Below are positions 61,144 through 64,000 of a stretch of 64,000 nucleotides of DNA, one piece after another; the stretch's first letter is position 1, and every line of letters starts with the position of its first letter. The position numbers and the translations under genes were made by a program. Source of the stretch: an uncultured Verrucomicrobiae bacterium (lineage in GTDB: Bacteria; Chlamydiota; Chlamydiia; Chlamydiales; Rhabdochlamydiaceae); the NCBI GenBank assembly GCA_963806855.1, contig CAWDYW010000001.1, positions 480,001 through 544,000 of the forward strand, read 5' to 3'. Under the pieces are notes generated by a model. The model worked only from the letters and a program-made list of their open reading frames with translations, had not been told where the DNA came from and made no database searches.

Positions 61144-61184
61144 GATTTAATGGAATTTAAATTTTGACAGACTAGGATGGTGCC

Positions 61185-62669
61185 ATGACTAAACTTGCAA
61201 CAACTCTATTTTTTCTCCTTTCTACTTATACTCTCGCATTTGGAAACAATCCCGATACTGATGATGGCGAAATGAGCCAATTACCCCCTGCTATAGTTGA
61301 AGATGTGATTGTAACGGCAGAAGAGACTGAGGAGCCGGTTTTGGCTGAAGAGGCAGTTGTCGTTATTGAAGTTGAGGCGCCAGTTTTAGCTGAAGAGACT
61401 GTTGTCGATGAATCTTATGTTCCTGAAATTCGCTGTGAGCAGGAAGCGCTCATAGATCAGGAAGTCGAAATTGCGGTGGTTGGTCTTCGGCCAAATCAGG
61501 CGGTGTCCATTGAAGCCAGATGGGTTGGGATTGACCATGTGCAGTGGATCTCTTCAGCGCAATTCCGTTCAGATCAAAATGGGGTCATTAATCTTGCTGA
61601 GCAGGCGCCGCTTGAGGGAAGTTATGAGGGAGTAGATCCCATGGGCCTATTTTGGTCGATGAAGATGGGCAATGTGGTCATCCTTGAAAATTGTGACCTT
61701 GGGGATGAAAAGGTTGATTGCAGAGGGGCGCTCAAAGTCAATTTGAAGGTTTTAGATGAAAATGGAGTGATTGCCCAAAAATCGATCTGCCGGGGCACTT
61801 TATTGCCCGATGTGGAAGTGATTGAGCTGAGGGAAAATGGGCTTATTGGCAATTTGTTTATCCCTAGTTCTGAGGAAACGTTGCCGGTTGTGATCGTTCT
61901 CGCTGGTTCTGAAGGGGGAATTCCCGATGGAATTGCTGAGCTAATGAGCTCTAATGGGATTGCTGCTTTTGCCCTTGCCTATTCTGGGGTATACGATCTG
62001 CCGCCTGATGTCGAAAATGTCGAGCTGGAGTACTTTGAGAGGGCATTCGAATGGCTTCAAAATCACCCCAGATTGAATGGGAAAATTGCCATTTGGGGCG
62101 CCTCTCGAGGCGCAGAACTTGCTCTGTTGCTTGGCTCTATGTTCCCGGATAGCATCGATCGCATTGTCGCTGTTGCGCCGAGCAGTGTGGTTCTATCACC
62201 AAATGCATGGTTATATAAGGGAGAACCTGTTCTGCCTGCGGCTCCCTTCCTTGTCGATTTCAATTATGACTTCAGGAATGACGTTGCCCTGCGCGAAACT
62301 CCCCATGTCCAAAAAATCCATTTCGAGAGAGGGATCTATTTGGAGAACGAACGGTTTGAGGCTGCTTCGATTCCAGTCGAAAAGATCAAATGTCCAATTA
62401 TGCTCATTACAGGTGGAGATGATCAACTGGGGCCATGCAGTATCTTTGCAAAGCAAATTTTCGCCCGTTTAGATAGGTTTCATTCTAAAATCGAAAAAAC
62501 CCATCTAGATTACCCTAAAGCAGGCCATCTCATTGGTCTTCCTTATCTTCCCCGGATCAATCTCTTTTTTGACGAATGGAGGTGGATCAACGTTGGCGGG
62601 ACTCCTTATGCGGATGAACTCGCTAGCCGCGATGCCTGGGAACATACTCTCGAATTTCTCCAGGACTAA
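61185..62669 (+). CDS. Secreted acyl-CoA thioesterase / BAAT family hydrolase with acidic linker
   Basis: Signal peptide; GSYEGVDPMGLFWSM, GSEGG, LEYFE.A..WL, GASRGAEL, AGHLI. Confidence 0.88.
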   Translation: MTKLATTLFFLLSTYTLAFGNNPDTDDGEMSQLPPAIVEDVIVTAEETEEPVLAEEAVVVIEVEAPVLAEETVVDESYVPEIRCEQEALIDQEVEIAVVGLRPNQAVSIEARWVGIDHVQWISSAQFRSDQNGVINLAEQAPLEGSYEGVDPMGLFWSMKMGNVVILENCDLGDEKVDCRGALKVNLKVLDENGVIAQKSICRGTLLPDVEVIELRENGLIGNLFIPSSEETLPVVIVLAGSEGGIPDGIAELMSSNGIAAFALAYSGVYDLPPDVENVELEYFERAFEWLQNHPRLNGKIAIWGASRGAELALLLGSMFPDSIDRIVAVAPSSVVLSPNAWLYKGEPVLPAAPFLVDFNYDFRNDVALRETPHVQKIHFERGIYLENERFEAASIPVEKIKCPIMLITGGDDQLGPCSIFAKQIFARLDRFHSKIEKTHLDYPKAGHLIGLPYLPRINLFFDEWRWINVGGTPYADELASRDAWEHTLEFLQD

Positions 62670-62681
62670 CTCTTTAGGTCT

Positions 62682-62711
62682 AGCCTCAGAATTTTCTGAG
62701 GCCTTTTTTTT
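62682..62711 (+). terminator. Second, diverged copy of the rRNA terminator
   Basis: AGCCTCAGA-ATTT-TCTGAGGC followed by a T-run. Confidence 0.85.
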
Positions 62712-62816
62712 CAATTTGAATTTATTAGAATTTTGACATACTCTAGAAGAGAGCGACATTGCTTACGAACAAGGCGCGCGTGAAGACCTCAAAAGTGGCG
62801 GGGTTAAGAGGGCAAA

Positions 62817-63503
62817 ATGAAAATTATTACAGTCTTTGTAAGTATAGTCCTTTTTTTCGGATCTCTTTATTCGGCAGAGTCGATCGGTAAAGTGATTGCA
62901 GTAGAGGGAACCGCACTGGCAAATGAGAGGATTCTTACTCGGGGCGCAGATATTTTTATTTCCGATTTGATTAAGGTTGCTGCGGCGAGCAAAATGCAGA
63001 TTAGATTTACTGATGGGGGGATCCTCAACCTAATCGCATTAACCGAGTATCGGATTGATTCCTATCAGTTTAATAAAACGGGAACCGATAGATATTCTGC
63101 TCAACTTGTGAAAGGGGGATTTAGAATGCTTTCAGGAGGGATTAGGGAGTCTAGTCCGGAGGGCTCCTCTATCCAAACGCCTGATTTAACAATTGGGATT
63201 CGAGGGACGTTGTTTAACGTCAATATTGTCCAAGGAATAACCTCTGTCGGTGTAGAGAAGGGATCTGTAATTCTCGAAAATGCTGGTGGTGTTGTAATTC
63301 TAAAAGCTGGAGAGTATCTCTCTACATATTCGCCGAATGTCATGGGCACCCCAACCACAGCTCAGCCAGATGCGCTAAATGCCACCTATTTTTCCACTCC
63401 TGCGGGTGGGCTAAGCATGGAAACAGCTAGTGAAACCGTGGGATTTGGGGGTGGAATTCGATTAGAAATTAATCAAAGTCAGGGAAATCCCCCTTGCGAA
63501 TAA
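62817..63503 (+). CDS. Secreted FecR-domain protein
   Basis: Signal peptide; IRFTDGG, L.KGGFR, TP..TIGIRGT.F, V.KGSV. Confidence 0.82.
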   Translation: MKIITVFVSIVLFFGSLYSAESIGKVIAVEGTALANERILTRGADIFISDLIKVAAASKMQIRFTDGGILNLIALTEYRIDSYQFNKTGTDRYSAQLVKGGFRMLSGGIRESSPEGSSIQTPDLTIGIRGTLFNVNIVQGITSVGVEKGSVILENAGGVVILKAGEYLSTYSPNVMGTPTTAQPDALNATYFSTPAGGLSMETASETVGFGGGIRLEINQSQGNPPCE

Positions 63504-63519
63504 AGGTGTTAAAATAATT

Positions 63520-64000
63520 ATGTGGCTTATTCCTTTTCTTCTCTGTGCTGAATTTATGTCGACGCTCTCGAAAACCGATTCTTCAGGTTTTTTCGGTATA
63601 ATAGCTAGCGAAGAAGATCGCTCTTACCAAATGGAAGAGCGGGATGGTCAAAATGAAAGTCAAAGTCAGATACAAGGGATCTTTCTCACTGGAAAATCTG
63701 AAGATGTGATTCCTGAAGGGCGCCCTGAACAAACCGGTATCCAATTGATGGATATTGAAATTCCGGGGGGATCTGAAGCTTTGATCGATCGTCTCAAACC
63801 CTTTTTGGGAAAACCGGTCAGTGAGGAGACCGCCATTGCAATCAAGCAGAACATCATCGAATACTATCTGAAAAATGGAGTGACGATGGTGGGCGTTGAA
63901 GTGCCCTCCCAAATGACCGAAGGGGGAGTAATCCAATTTCTAGTTTTACGAAAAAGATGTGGGCAGATCATCTCTAAGGGAGAGAGTTTTTACAATAGCG
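63520..64000 (+). CDS. ShlB/FhaC/HecB (TpsB-like) protein, N-terminal POTRA region; runs off the window
   Basis: Manual translation open to the window end: MWLIPFLL...LKPFLGKPVS...IKQNIIEYY..NG..MV.VEVP.Q.TEGGVIQF.V. Confidence 0.65.
   Translation, partial: MWLIPFLLCAEFMSTLSKTDSSGFFGIIASEEDRSYQMEERDGQNESQSQIQGIFLTGKSEDVIPEGRPEQTGIQLMDIEIPGGSEALIDRLKPFLGKPVSEETAIAIKQNIIEYYLKNGVTMVGVEVPSQMTEGGVIQFLVLRKRCGQIISKGESFYNS

Overview
A 64-kb chromosomal segment from a member of the Chlamydiota, probably an environmental chlamydia. This rests on the 16S 5' signature GAGAATTTGATCTTGGTTCAG, the nrdR-dksA-lspA and rplU-rpmA-obg gene orders, an aroDE fusion, an Lpg1974/MOMP-like porin and icd. GC-richer housekeeping blocks hold tsp, the shikimate genes, obg, znuABC, RNA-modification genes, cadA, gmhA-lpxK-E2, icd, kdsD-nhaD, one 16S-23S-5S operon, tRNA-Phe and tRNA-Ser. 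They alternate with AT-rich islands of effector-like genes: ankyrin, lipase-like, F-box/LRR, BTB-like, TIKI/EreA-like, CE-clan protease and Inc-like. Main observations: (1) five cargo segments are bracketed by 43-72 bp direct repeats copied from the end of a neighbouring gene or terminator, and in two cases the non-coding copy differs mainly by synonymous changes, suggesting displaced alleles left by a recurrent insertion mechanism; (2) an unannotated operon of three 35-46 aa, very basic peptides with aromatic amphipathic C-termini; (3) an integrase-less tRNA-Phe islet carrying an AlbA_2/Schlafen-type protein; (4) TA-ended MITE-like hairpins and a perfect 58-bp palindrome; (5) an AroB-AroA fusion; (6) a sawtooth G/C skew that resets at AT-rich islands. 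Four frameshifts in conserved genes are probably sequencing errors. All family calls come from motif recognition by eye; no searches were run.
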